A DNA stretch of 63,938 nucleotides, the filler included, from Sphacelaria rigidula (taxonomy: Eukaryota), in the NCBI GenBank assembly GCA_964200075.2. It is 11 parts of 11 records of this genome, joined end to end, with 100 filler letters (N's around TTAATTAATTAA, not from the genome) between each part and the next. Parts side by side here need not be neighbours in the genome. Positions count along the whole stretch, not along the records: positions 11,645 to 17,366 come from CAXNAA020024964.1; positions 17,467 to 23,188 come from CAXNAA020024965.1; positions 23,289 to 29,010 come from CAXNAA020024966.1; 8 more parts are not named here. The stretch is one strand, 5' to 3'. Positions 12,234 to 24,337 of the stretch are shown here, one piece after another. The notes below the pieces were generated by a model. It was not told where the DNA came from and did no database searches. It worked only from the letters and a program-made list of their open reading frames with translations. Each line of letters begins with the position of its first letter. The first letter of the stretch is position 1. Made by a program: the position numbers and the translations under genes.

Positions 12234-12929
12234 CTGCCCAAAAAATTGAGAAAAAAAAATGGCCACCAACCCAACCCAACCCAGTCCCGAATGCACCATT
12301 TCACGAAAACAAGCCAAAAGAGAAAGAATGGGGGAGGAAGAAACGGACGCAGGAAATGACGGCTTTGTCCGGTGAGGCAGTACGAATAGATTTAAGGCGA
12401 AAACCGGAACACAACAGTGATTCTCGGGCGCATCAGCGCAGAAACTCCAAACTAGGGAAACGGCACGGGAGGGAGGGAGGCGACACCCAAGTGAAGAACA
12501 TATCAAATATTGGTGTCGAAAAAAGCCACACAGCAGCAACAAGCCACACAGCAGCAACAAGCGACGCGGCAACAATAAAAAGGGCGGCGGGGGGTAAAAC
12601 TCACGATCGTACAAAAAAGAGACACGTCACGGAGTGCCAAAAACAGAATACATCAAATAACGACAAGCGAAAACAAGACGAACAACTCAACATTACCGAA
12701 CACCAAGCACAACAACATCTACATGCCACTTGCTTGTGTCGTCGCAGTGCACCCACGAACGACAAATACCACACAAGTGTCCCTTCCTCCCCCCTTACCT
12801 CCTTTCTGACAACACCCGAACCACCAGAACCACCGTCTTTGTTGCTACCGCCACAACCGCCACCAAAAGAACGACAAAAACTGAAGCAAAGACCAATCTA
12901 CGCCTTACTGACCACTCCCACCAGCCCAC

Positions 12930-13043
12930 CTTTGCTTGCTCTATCCTTGTGGGGCCCCCCGCGCTCTTCTTGGCGCCCTTCTCGAACACTAGGCCGTGAA
13001 CAAGCTCGCTGTCGTCGACCGTCCCGCCAAGTTGCTTACAGAT
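12930..13043 (-). CDS. CCT4: CCT4 internal exon, 4th visible
   Basis: tag|ICKQLGGTVDDSELVHGLVFEKGAKKSAGGPTRIEQAK|gtgggc, 114 nt, phase 0/0. Confidence 0.95.
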
Positions 13044-13786
13044 CTAGGTAGTTCGCGCGGGAGGGAAAAAAAAACAGCATATGTGCAGCAAAATAGTCAT
13101 CACACACGGCGCCAGGGGCATATGAGGGTACAACCTTCACTTCCTGATACGCACACTTCCTGGCGTGTTAGTGTGTGTGTGTTCTCAACGTGTCAACGCC
13201 GTGTGCTTACAGCTACACGTCGATATCCTACCGAAGAAATATCAGAGACTGATGTGTGTTTGTGTCTGCGGGCTTCATTTGTTTTTCTGGCACATACAGC
13301 TCTTTCGTGTCCAGTCCACTTCGCCGCCGCTTCAAAGTGGATCCGTCAAACCACTCAGCCCTCGAGCCAATGCATCATAAAGGCGGTCCGGCGTATGGGT
13401 AGGCACCAAGGCAAAAGTCCCCCCCCCACCCAGGTAGTCTCGGAGTTGGATGATAAATCACCGTCACCAACCAAAGCTCCTTACGGCGCTCCCGAGCTCC
13501 CCTTTGTGCTTGAGGCATCCTACCCACCCGGGCGTTCAGGTGTCGTGTGTATCTACGCATCATGCTTCAGGGTATACCTGTATTTGGACCTGTCATGGGC
13601 CCTTTTCCCCGCACACTCATCAAGCGCACGTCAGAATGATTTTTTCCCTCAGCACCGAGCACAAGAGAGTATCTTCGGCGACGCTATCCTGTGCTTGATA
13701 TCCAGAAGTATTTACCTCTTACTTTTACCCAATTCGACTGTATACCCCGAAGCTTGGATACCCCGAAAAGGCGATATTTTATTCAC

Positions 13787-13934
13787 CTTGATATCCCGAA
13801 GATCCACGTTAGTCGCGCTAGCGGCGTCGATGATTCCGAGGACCGCGTCCACGGCCATGGGGCTGATGGTCTCACAGTTTTGGCTCACCACCTTCGATGA
13901 AAGACATGTGTCCACCGCCTGGATCAGCATTTCC
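13787..13934 (-). CDS. CCT4: CCT4 internal exon, 3rd visible
   Basis: cag|(R)EMLIQAVDTCLSSKVVSQNCETISPMAVDAVLGIIDAASATNVDLRDIK|gtgaat, 148 nt, phase 2/0. Confidence 0.95.
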
Positions 13935-15574
13935 CTGTAGTGTACATTCCACAATTTCACAAGCAACCATGTTCGGTTTATATATTTTAACTTCTTCACG
14001 AGGCGGCGCCGAAAAAAGTCATGCGCGCGCGCGTACATGTGAACCAAGCCGACATGAGCATCGTAGCAGAGGAAAAATATAACAAAATGGGGACACGAGC
14101 TCACGGCAAGTAGGGGTGTGTCGCCCTCTTCTTCACTGCCATTTTCAGGTCGGTGCAGCGCCTGTAGAGTGTACGCGAGCGATCTCATCGTCATTTTGAA
14201 CGCTTGGGCGGATAGTCGGTTTCTGTCTACGCGATCATGCTCGCATCTCCTGAGTGCTGACAGTCCCCGGTGCTCGCAAGCGTGCGCACGAAGCGTCTTT
14301 TTTTGTTTCGATTTTCTGTTTTTTTGTTTTGAGCCTCATCATGTTACAGTTTGCCTAGCCTCCTCCCCTTGCCCCCGTGTAACACCCTTGCCAGAGACTT
14401 TTTGGTATGCCTTGGGTTGGAAGTGGTGGTTAACGTATCTCATGGGACGTAGCACTACTCCTTCCATGCATGAGACACCAAAACACTCAACACAACGGCG
14501 AAACGGACACGGGCGAAAAAACTAAGTAATGACGTGAAGAGCGATACAGTTACACACCAAAGATGACAGATGAAGAAATACGAAGGAGCAGCCAGCTTTG
14601 ACCTCTCTCCGCGACTACTCCCCCTACTACAGGATAGGTGAGGGTCAAGGAGGCGAGTAATAAATGAACCCGGGTCTTGATCCAAACCATAGTCTCATGA
14701 AGGAGGGGTCAGTGAATTCACAGTACGAGTGTTTGTGCGAGGGTGCAATAATTTGCACGTGTATGTAAAAACGCCAGTAGGCCGTGTACTGAGCTACAGT
14801 CAACTGTCCTCATGTTCTCGTGAATAAAAAAAGGTGTGCCAGCTTTTTATCTTGAGATCCGTAGTCAATTTTGTTGTAGTCACATGGTCTGTTTCTCTAG
14901 AGAGGAGCAAGAGCGAGGCTAATGAGCAACGTCAAAACTGAAAAACGATAGTTACTGATACTTGACTCTGTATCCAACACTGTAGTCGCAGTGTTCGTCT
15001 CTCCCACCGCCCACCAACCCGCCCACCCCGCCCACTGGCNNNNNNNNNNACCCGTCAAAACACAAAAACCAGAATTCGTTAGACATTCCACTCTCTCACC
15101 AACATCATCGCCGGGGTGTTTCTCCCCCCCCCCCCCCCCCCCCCGCCAAAAAAAGCTCAGGTCCAGCAGATGATATCGTACGTGGCAGTTTTCACACCTT
15201 GGACAATAGTACATTGCCCAAAAGTGTACTGTGTACAGTATCGAACTATCGCGTCTGGTGCGATGGACAATAGATCCCATACTGTAGACAGTAAGTACAC
15301 TTCTTGACCATATGATCTATTGTTCAGGGTGTGGCAGTTTCGCAGTCGACACATACTAAACTCATGACCTGTACATGTATTTCCTATCGTGGTTTGTCGT
15401 TGACAGGTTCATACACGAGAGGGAAGCGGACTGCACTGAGCGAGCCAGCGTATTCCGAGCAAGTCTGGGGTTCACATGGCAGTACATCACACAGCAGCAG
15501 AGTAACGCCAGTACGGTAACCCACCCCCCTGCGCGCCCCTCTTGTCGCCCTCCCTCTATCTCGCTCCCTCGCAC

Positions 15575-15807
15575 CTGTTCGCCAAGTCGATAGGCGTAGC
15601 CATGCCTTCCAATATCTTCTCTGCTTTTTCCGCCGCTGCAAGGAACGACTCCGCCACCGCCATGGGATGGATACCCTTAGCGAGCAGATCGCTGCACGAG
15701 TTCAACAGCGCGCCAGCGATGACGCACACGGAGGTGGTCCCGTCTCCCGCCTCGATATCCTGAGACTTGCTCAACTCCACAAGCATCTTTGCGGTGGGGT
15801 GGAATAC
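15575..15807 (-). CDS. CCT4: CCT4 internal exon, 2nd visible
   Basis: aag|[27 protein letters not shown]...PIDLAN(R)|gtgcga, 233 nt. Contains the ATP-binding GDGTT motif. Confidence 0.96.
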
Positions 15808-15897
15808 CTTGGAAGCAAAAACAAAAGACGACAAAAAAAGCAGAGAAGGCTATTTGAATACGTGATGCTTATTTCTCTTGCGGTAAGCATCGCCAGG

Positions 15898-15931
<34 letters not shown>
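15898..15931 (+). repeat. (GAT)n microsatellite in a CCT4 intron
   Basis: About 11 perfect GAT units. Confidence 0.95.
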
Positions 15932-16327
15932 AAAGGTATGAGGTTATTTCGGAACAGTTTCAGACGACTCAAAGCTGCAGAAAATGGCAAAAATCGACAC
16001 ATGAGTGCAAATCTTGAATAAATAATTGGAAGAAAAAAAAAATAAACACGTAGATGACACGAGAGCAACGTCCGAAATGGAATCCAGCCGCCCTCGACAC
16101 CGACGTGAACAACAGATACTCCGAGTAATAATTACCAGGACAGCTCTTTGTTTTTGCCATTCGACTATGGTAGACGTTCGATTCAAGCGCCCGGTGCTCG
16201 ACGTCTTCCCGCAAGCAGCGCATACTGCAGCGTTTACTAGCAACACCAAGATACGTACTTACTCAGATTGCCAACACCCTACTTTTACTCCTCCTTGATG
16301 GTCATCCCACCCCTGAGTAAGTCTCAC

Positions 16328-16480
16328 CTGCATCTGCGAGAGAATAGTAGCACCGTCGTTGGTGATTACCACCTCTCCATCCCCGTTTTGGATCATTTTG
16401 TCCATGCCGCGCGGACCGAGGCTTGTTCGTACCGCGTCCGCTACTGCCTTCGCGGCGATGATGTTGGCAATGCGTACATC
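16328..16480 (-). CDS. CCT4: CCT4 first visible exon (start-codon exon not found in this contig)
   Basis: cag|[51 protein letters not shown]|gtgaga, 153 nt. Contains the TCP-1 signatures LGPxGMDKM and TNDGATIL. Confidence 0.96.
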
Positions 16481-16784
16481 CTGCGGACGAATGATGGTCG
16501 AGAGGAAGCAGCGAGCCAGGGGAGTGGGGAAAGGATGGACGAATCTCTTTTACGGGTGGGGCAGGAGAAGGTGGAAAATGAACAAACTCTGAATATTTAC
16601 GTTTGTTACTAAGCTCTCAGCAACAGTAGCAATCGCTTGTATATCATCGCCTGTCACATTCCGTCCTTCCACGAGGCACACCATCAACTCCGTCCATCCC
16701 CTTCCTGCCATTCATGTCGACCCTGTTTCGATCTTGATGACTCGTGCACCCCCCCCCCCCAACATCGTTTTTTTCAATCACTTG

Positions 16785-17220
16785 CCGTTTGTTTTGCGGT
16801 GACCATGATGGTGGTCGAGTTGGATCATATTGTGCACGATGGGAAACCTCAACTCCGCGTAAAGAGGATGATCGTACTACGTCGTGTTTCAATGGTGAGA
16901 AACTCAGGAGGCCGTGTATAAGCTGTGGCAGAGTGACGATACCATAAATGGAGGCAACTCATTGTAGGCTGGCCTCTGTATGCAAGACAATCAGTACGCT
17001 ACGGGCTGAACAATCAGTACGCTACGGGCTGAACAATCTTAGCAGGATGTAGCTCACCCCTCATTCGACTCGCCGAACACATTAGGGCGCTTTACGCGCG
17101 GTGAGTGCGAGTGTGGTCCGGCGAAACCCGGCATGCTCCGTTTTGGCTTTGAAGGAATGCGAGGTCATCGGTCTTAAAACTACGGCATGTAAGATCATGA
17201 GTACCCCTCCACCCCCCCCC
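16785..17220 (+). mobile_element. Right portion of the GGGGTACTC-terminated TIR element family
   Basis: Collinear similarity with 24955-25345, ending GATCATGAGTACCCC. Carries a copy-specific short tandem duplication at about 16988-17036. Confidence 0.8.
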
Positions 17221-17616
17221 CCTCCTACGGGAAAAGGTGTAGGTGCGGGAGGTGGTGAAATGAACCAGAGTTCAACCCGACGAATCGTGATGGGGGGGGG
17301 GGGCGTACTCATTGGTTGCTTGCCTTCGTCGTTTGACCATTGACCACGCATCCCTTTCGAGACAGANNNNNNNNNNNNNNNNNNNNNNNNNNNNNNNNNN
17401 NNNNNNNNNNTTAATTAATTAANNNNNNNNNNNNNNNNNNNNNNNNNNNNNNNNNNNNNNNNNNNNGCTATATCGCTACGCGACATTTTGTGAAGCTATC
17501 CGTGTTGCAGCTATAGCGTGCGCTTGCCCAAGGTGGCGCACGCAGGAGTGAAAGGCCGCCTCCGCCGCTGTAAAAGCTGTCTGTATCTTGGGCGAAGCTG
17601 TATGGTAACACAGCCA

Positions 17617-17695
17617 CGGCTGGTGCGCACACATATACCGAAAGGTGGAGACCGGCGTCCAGAGTAGATGGGACGACAACACTCACAACACACTG
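17617..17695 (+). repeat. 3' tail fragment of the SINE family
   Basis: GGCTGGTGCGCACACATATACCGAAAGGTGGAGACCGGCGTCCAGAGTAGATGGGACGACAACAC matches 42375-42440 and 42760-42839. Confidence 0.8.
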
Positions 17696-19632
17696 TGCGC
17701 AGTACACTTTCAACCTCGTGTCCGTACTGACTGTAAAAATCTGTTTCCAGGGTCTGGTACATTTCCACTGATATTGTTACTCAGTGAGATCGTGAAAAAC
17801 TCCGCAACATCCGGGCGAACTGCAGGTGAGGCAATCGCCAAAATATCCACCTGCAAACTCTGCTCCCGTGCACTGTAAGGTGATATCGCTAGAAGGACAC
17901 TACCACAACCACCTTGCCGGCTGCCAGACTGCCAGGACATAGGATCCGCTAGCATCGCTACTGTCTGTACGGGGATGTTGCCCCCTTTTTGGGTACGTGG
18001 GGAAGGGTCCGTGGCAGGACGCAGTGGTCTCGTCAAGCAGCTGCACGCTGGGCGTTCTCACTCAAGACTCCGATGTGGAGGATGATACTAGGTAAGCAGC
18101 AGCAGCTGCTGTGTGTCCAGGTGCCCCTCGGGAAAAGATGCGTTTCGTTTCTGTTTGAAAAATGTCTCCCCCAAAAAGCGAAATCAATAGGGTTTTTAGA
18201 GTGGGAAAAAGTAGCAAGAAACGCGTCGAAAAAATCAAGTCGCAAAACCGGTTAGCGGATTTTTTTACCCGGAGCAGAAACCAATTCCACGAAGTGAAAT
18301 TGGAACTGCACAGTACTACACCGCGTTATTGTAGTGCAGTGAAGCGTAGTGTACGATACGGTACCGCAGGGTACGGAAAATACAGTAACAATGTACTGCC
18401 TGTACTAGAGAATCGCTACTGCGCAGTCCTGTGCTGACCTATGCATTTTAGAATCGGATGCTGGTCGATCGCACGTCCATCTGTTCGGGCAACCTGCGGT
18501 CGATCACTGCGAACAATGATTTAACATCAAGCCACGTCACGTCAGCTTCCGTCTCGAAGCTTTCACCTGCCATTGAAGCATTGAAAACTTTCATTCTGAA
18601 GTTCTCCCATCCTGATTCTTGAATGAATTTGATGTTTTCCGAAAATCTCTACTATAGGCCCGATTCTTCGATACTTGATATGTACTGTACAGCATATATA
18701 GTCCGATAAAATCAACTATATGCATCCGTGCCGACGCACAACTCTAGTATATCGGCATCGCCAACATACAGTCGGTGGGCCACCTGAACGAGGTATCTCT
18801 GTGTCGAGTATTAGACTTGCATAAAGTATGCCTTTTGCGGTACACCGTATTTTTGTACGCAGCTCTCTGTAGCCCCACTCAGGTGTATATACGGGAGAGG
18901 GGAAGACATGCCGCGGCGCCGCTGAATCGCGCCGAATTCTGGGCGTTTTGTTTTGTATTGGTGTTTTTTGTTCGGGTGATCGGCAGCTTGCCACCGAGCG
19001 TTTGGAGACCTGAGGCTGCCGATTCGTTGACTTTGCTGGGCTAACATCGCCGCCGTAGATGCGTGGATCACACATACCGCCGCATCCCGGTGGTCCAGCA
19101 GATACACCTTTCAAGTGGGTAGGGCTGAGCACGGGGGTCGATTTTAGGGAGGTACATTGCCTTGAGTTATTTTTCCCAGGAGGAGCATCTAATTTTCGTC
19201 CTTGAAAATGCGAGGGCGCGGTTAGCCAGGGATAGCAGGAAACGTTTGACGAAGGCGGACGCATATTATATATATATTATTATATATTTGGTGCAAGAGT
19301 GCTCATCCAATCTCCAATGCCAGAATGTCAGACATGTACTCGGGGAGAGATACTTTAGGTTGGGCAGTACGAACTTGCCCCAGGAAGGGGAGGGGTCAAC
19401 TGTATGACGGGTATATATAGGAGGTATAGATATCGACGTTGTAACAGCTTCGCCGCAGGGCTAACCGCGAACGACATCCAAAGGCGAAGATACCATGACA
19501 TATGATATGCCCCCTGGTTTCCGGTGTAATAGTCATTTCTTCAAATATACAGGTTGTGTGATCGGGAGCTGTGGGAGGAGTCCATCAAAGCCTCGCTAGG
19601 CTTTTATCTCGAAAATAGAGTAACGAAGAACA

Positions 19633-19931
19633 GGGGATCCTCAAAAACGGGAACGATATTTTTCTATGTCAACGAAGTAAGCTCGGAATCCTATTGTATA
19701 AAATGATGGCATATGGTACCCCTCAAATGCATATTTATGATGTAGGATAGGTGGGGTGCCGCATACCATTACAATTTAGGATTTCGACATCTTTTCGTTC
19801 TAGTGATAGGAAAATCTCGCCATCTTTGAGGGGTACCATATATATATATATATATATATATGCCATTATCAGAGGACTTCGATATCACTTTGTTTCCATG
19901 GGAAAATCTCGTTCCCATTTTTCAGGATCCC
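19633..19931. mobile_element. Foldback/MITE-like element with about 95-bp inverted arms
   Basis: 19633-19727 (GGGATCCTCAAAAACGGGAACGA...TATGGTACCCCTCAAA) is the inverse of 19825-19931. The right arm contains an expanded (TA)n. Confidence 0.75.
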
Positions 19932-20519
19932 TCGTTAACGGGCACATGAAAAGGGAAAAACAGCGGCACCGGAACAAACCAGGATGTGGAAATTGCTTGT
20001 TAGAGGCTGCAAGATTTGGCGTATGTACTATTATAATAGGCTTGTTCCGGTTGGGGCTTGGACCGGTCGACATACCCGTACGCGGGATCTCCAGTTCCGC
20101 CGGCACGAAAAAAAAATGAACCAGTAACCGAATATGTGTCTATTCTAGTCTTAGAACGCACGTGCATCAGGTGTTTGAATACCCTTACAGTACGATAATA
20201 CGAAACGCACGTTGTTGTTGCAAGCAAAGTAATGCATCAAAAATGAGGCGCAATTGACAGCCGATCATCACAACATGAGTAAACGTTCTTATTACGGAAC
20301 AGTACCAATTAAGGAACCCTTTTCTTTATTCGTCCATAACTCCGCGAGATATTGGTCATTTTCCACTCTGTTTATTGCTGCGTGTGCACAAGAGCACGAT
20401 GCTTCTTCTGAGCTACTACTGCACGTACCTTTTTGCATCAGAAAACATCACCCCACAGCACTGCGAATAAGCGCGTGTCTCTCTCCAAAATCAGCTTTTT
20501 GGTCGATCGGCTGCTAAGC

Positions 20520-21670
20520 ATGCAGAGAGTAAGGGTCGACCCCGAACGTGCAGTAGAGGCCATAGAAGCGGTACGCAGCGGTCGCATGACCTTCCATGCT
20601 GCTGCAGAGACCTTTGGCATCTCCGTTGGTTCGCTGCAGAAGCGTGTTTGCGGTAGCATGGGCATAGCTGGCAGGGTTGGCCCGGGTACTCCACGAGAAA
20701 AAAAATCACACGTCGGACAAGCACGAGTGTGACTCGTGGCACTCGCACTCGTTGGGCTGCTCGTTGGCCGTAAAAATTAATAGGGCGAGCACTCGAGTCA
20801 TTGCTCATTGTGGAAAAACATTAATAGGGCGAGCACTCGAGTCATTGCTTATTGTGGAAAAAAAATAATAGTGCGAGCACTCGAGTCATTGTTCGTTGTG
20901 GAAAAAAATAATGGCTTGAGCTCACGAGTCACTGCTCGTTGTAAAAAAAAGTAATGCTGAACTGAGATGACCTGAAACAGGCGGTTATGGCACTCTGAAG
21001 CGACATCCGACCGGTGTCATAGGACCCGACAGTGGGCTCAGGTCCAAAATGGCTCGACTTCTTCCTTCGGAGGCACCCACGGCTAGGTGAGCGCAGCAAC
21101 CGCATCTACAAGGCCGACAGGGTGGTGCGGCCGACGAAGAAGATCGCATGCCCGAGTTTTCTGCGGCCTGTGATGACTACGTGGACGAGGAGAGGCCAGC
21201 AACCGACCTCAGATGGAACACTAACGAGACAGATGCTTTACAGTCTGTCAAGAGCTGTTCCGTTTATGTGATACAACGCATGTGTCTCGAACTAGAGCCA
21301 GAGGCTGTTGCTGTGGAGTGGTTTTTCTCTGCTCTCAATTATGCTGCATTTGAAACGGTATTATTCTCGCCGCATTCTTCGCCGACAAAGCACTTGGCGT
21401 TTGCCTGCTCATTGCTTTCTCGACGTGTTCTGTTGATTGCACTCACTCTTGATATAGGTACTGCCTATGCTGTCTGTAGAGGTGTTGCAAGTACCGCGGT
21501 TAGAGATGGTGCCAGTACTGTGCGTACCACCCGATTCTCGACGTACTGCTCTGTATCGTGCCCCGCCCCGCCCCGTCCCCCCCCCCTACACCCACCACTC
21601 GGGGATATCTTCGCCGTAGATGTTACTCTGCAAGGGACCAGGGCGTGGAAGATCATCGTCGAGAAAGATT
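20520..21670 (+). pseudogene. pogo/Tigger-like (Tc1/mariner superfamily) transposase relic
   Basis: psq-type HTH (AVEAIEAVRSGRMTFHAAAETFGISVGSLQKRV), CENP-B-type HTH (GPKWLDFFLRRHPRL) and a degenerate WNxDET motif (RWNTNET). Broken by stops, a frameshift and an inserted repeat; most of the DDE domain is absent. Confidence 0.8.
20690..20952. repeat. About 41-bp minisatellite array (GCGAGCACTCGAGTCATTGCTCATTGTGGAAAAA) inserted in the transposase
   Basis: 4-5 tandem units visible. A related array lies at 44610-44880. Confidence 0.85.
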
Positions 21671-21739
21671 CGGCGAAGTTTTCGCTGCTTGGTTCGCCCT
21701 GTTTCGTGCTCGCTGCTGACTGCGAGCTGCGTCTGCCGT

Positions 21740-22790
21740 TCTCATAGTCATTGCCGATCTTGGTGAAAAAGTTGTGTGGGGGGTGCGGGGGGGCGGCAAA
21801 CATGTTTCATTGTAACTCGGTCACATTCGTCGAACACCGACTTCTGCGAGAATTATGTCGAAACTAATTACACTTGGTCGGGTAGCTCTAAACGAACAGA
21901 AAGCACAGAGCTCTACGAACGTGTTCGTTGAGTTCGGCGTTGCCGAACACGGAGAAGAATGCTCAAACTTGTTCCGAAAATCCGGGGTCAGGCCAGTTTT
22001 ATCCCCGAATTGTCTCTTTTCCCTCTTTAGTGCCGGAAAGTGATGTATTGTGATGCAGTGCGATGCGTAAAGGTTTGTGCCCAAGGAAAATATCTGGAAC
22101 GTCCTAGCTCTAGGTGTTTCATTTTTGTAGTCATTGACGATTCCTGGTGAGTAGGAAGCATCACTCAACGTGCGTCATAGTACCTTGATCGTGACCCATG
22201 AACATCAAATTTTGGTAGATTACTGTCAAAACGTATTTCGATGGGTTGAAAAAGGAGAAAAAGAAAAACATGTTTTCGTCGAGTACGGCGTTGCCAAACA
22301 CAGGCTTAATGGCCAAACTTGTTTCGAAAACTAGGTGATAGGGCATTGTCATCCCCGCATTGTTTTTTTTTTCGCAACACGAACCGCACTAGTGTCATGA
22401 ACATTTGTACCAAAGGAGGACGTCCCAGGTATTCCATTTTCGTAGTCATTCTCGATTTCTGGTGAAAAGTGGGTGATTAGGGGGCATCACTCAACGTGCG
22501 TCATGGAGTACCTTCATCGTAACCGATGAACATCAAACTTTGAGAGATTGCTATCAAAACGCACTCCAATGGGTTGAGAAATGATAAAAAAGAATAAAAG
22601 TAGTTTTCGTCGAGTACGGAGTTGCAACAAACCGACTTCATGGCGATTTTTTTTCCGAAAACCAGGAGATAAGCGATTTTCATCCCCGCGTTGACTTTCT
22701 CTCCTCTTTTGTGTAATTCAAAATAGATCGCACTAATCTCATAAACATTTGTACCAAAGAAAAAGGTCTGAGACGTCCAAGGTCACGAAA
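21740..22790. repeat. Diverged tandem repeat, about 3 units of 320-380 bp
   Basis: Recurring blocks TAGTCATT..CGAT..CTGGTGA (about 21744, 22128, 22443), TTCGTYGAGTWCGGMGTTGC, ATCCCCG and TTTGTRCC.AAG. Confidence 0.8.
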
Positions 22791-23032
22791 TATCAACTGC
22801 TGCGTATAGTGTAAAGTGTACCGTAATTGAAACAGAGGGTGTTTTGGCCGCATTTTTTACGTCAATAGAGCCATACTCCACATCTACTCCTGCAACTTGG
22901 TTTGATTATTTTTTCATTTGAAAATCTTGAGTGACAGAGGATTGACTTGTCTCTTTCTGAATACTCCGGGCATTTTTTTTACGTGTCGTGCTTCCCACGA
23001 ACCAGATTTTTCCCGCCAGGTGCCTTAACCCT

Positions 23033-23110
23033 TTTAGGATTGGGCCTCCAGAACGACCAACGAGGCTGGTCAGGAATGACGTGTCCTGCATGTGCATGAA
23101 ACAGTGGCTT
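23033..23110 (+). repeat. Dispersed repeat shared with the end of contig 7
   Basis: GGGCCTCCAGAACGACCAAYGAGGCTGGTCAGGAATGACGTGTC...GAAACAGTGG also occurs at 40590-40654. Confidence 0.85.
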
Positions 23111-23345
23111 CATGGTACTGAAAATCAACGAATGTATTTAACGGTCGGGTTAGATGAAGACCGAAAGTTTCATCCAACCTTTTTTCAGNNNNNNNNNNNN
23201 NNNNNNNNNNNNNNNNNNNNNNNNNNNNNNNNTTAATTAATTAANNNNNNNNNNNNNNNNNNNNNNNNNNNNNNNNNNNNNNNNNNNNGCGCAGTGGGGC
23301 AGGGTGGAGGGGGAGGTGGGCGTAGGGGGGGGGGGAGGGGGGGGG

Positions 23346-23380
<35 letters not shown>

Positions 23381-24337
23381 ACTCATGATTTTACGTTTTC
23401 TCAGTACAAGTTTTCACAGTTGAGAGTATTGAGTCCGACACGACAGAAGGAGGTAGATCACTTTCCAATACCAAAATGTAGGGGCCTGAGCTAGGAGGGT
23501 ACGGTCCGGTCTCTGTGAAAATATCTGGTGACAAACTAGGGCACACACGTTAGACGGCCTCTCGTGCCTGCCCACAGTTCGTGAAGCGTACCGTTTAAGG
23601 TAACCGCACTATGAATGGAGGTTGCGCCAAAAGCAGGAGTATGTGTTACATACACAAATGACAAGTGCGTTGACACCTCGCGGGGTGACTTCGTAACGCT
23701 TGGACGTCGAGGATCGGTCGTCTGTTGAATCGGCATCAATTTCACTTCGAAGAAATATCCATGATCCAGGTGGACTACCCTCACGGTCTAGGGGTCATTA
23801 CTCTTCTCGCCTCTTCCATTGTTAGTCTACTCCATCTCCTCTTCATCTCTTCAATCCTTCCTTCACTTTTCTTCGCGAGTGTTTTACTTTTGTTCAGTCT
23901 CGGGTACGCCCATCATGTGGATAACGACCACGGCTGGACCCCCGAGTGATCAGTTAAAGTACGACTGTCAATCAGTCAACACCTAAATAGCTACCCTCCC
24001 CGGGCTGCCCGGCCTGGGGCGGGTGTGTGAACGGCGAACCTGGACACACACACCTCAAGAGTAGAGAGAAGGCATCATCGTCGACAGCAGTAACACCAGC
24101 AACATCAGAAATACGGTAGCAATTGTCTTGCTTCCCCACCTACTGCTTACGCTCGACGATGATGACGGTACTAAGTCCTGATGCGGCGGAATTTTGCCCG
24201 GCGGAGTTTTTCCCAACGGCAAAATATGCCAACAGTCAGCTAGTGTGAGATAATCAATCGACCAAACAACCAATCAATCAAGACACCGCGGGGAATATCC
24301 TGAGGGACGAGAAAATACCCGTCCTCGGGGGCAGGGT

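Noticed and set aside
12356..13940. 231-aa and 314-aa plus-strand ORFs
   Set aside because: Antisense to CCT4 exons and introns, with biased composition and no motifs.
15040..15049. Sequence feature at the 10-N run
   Set aside because: An ordinary intra-scaffold gap in a CCT4 intron.
20770..20952. CRISPR array
   Set aside because: The units have no unique spacers, no cas genes are present and the context is eukaryotic; it is a minisatellite.
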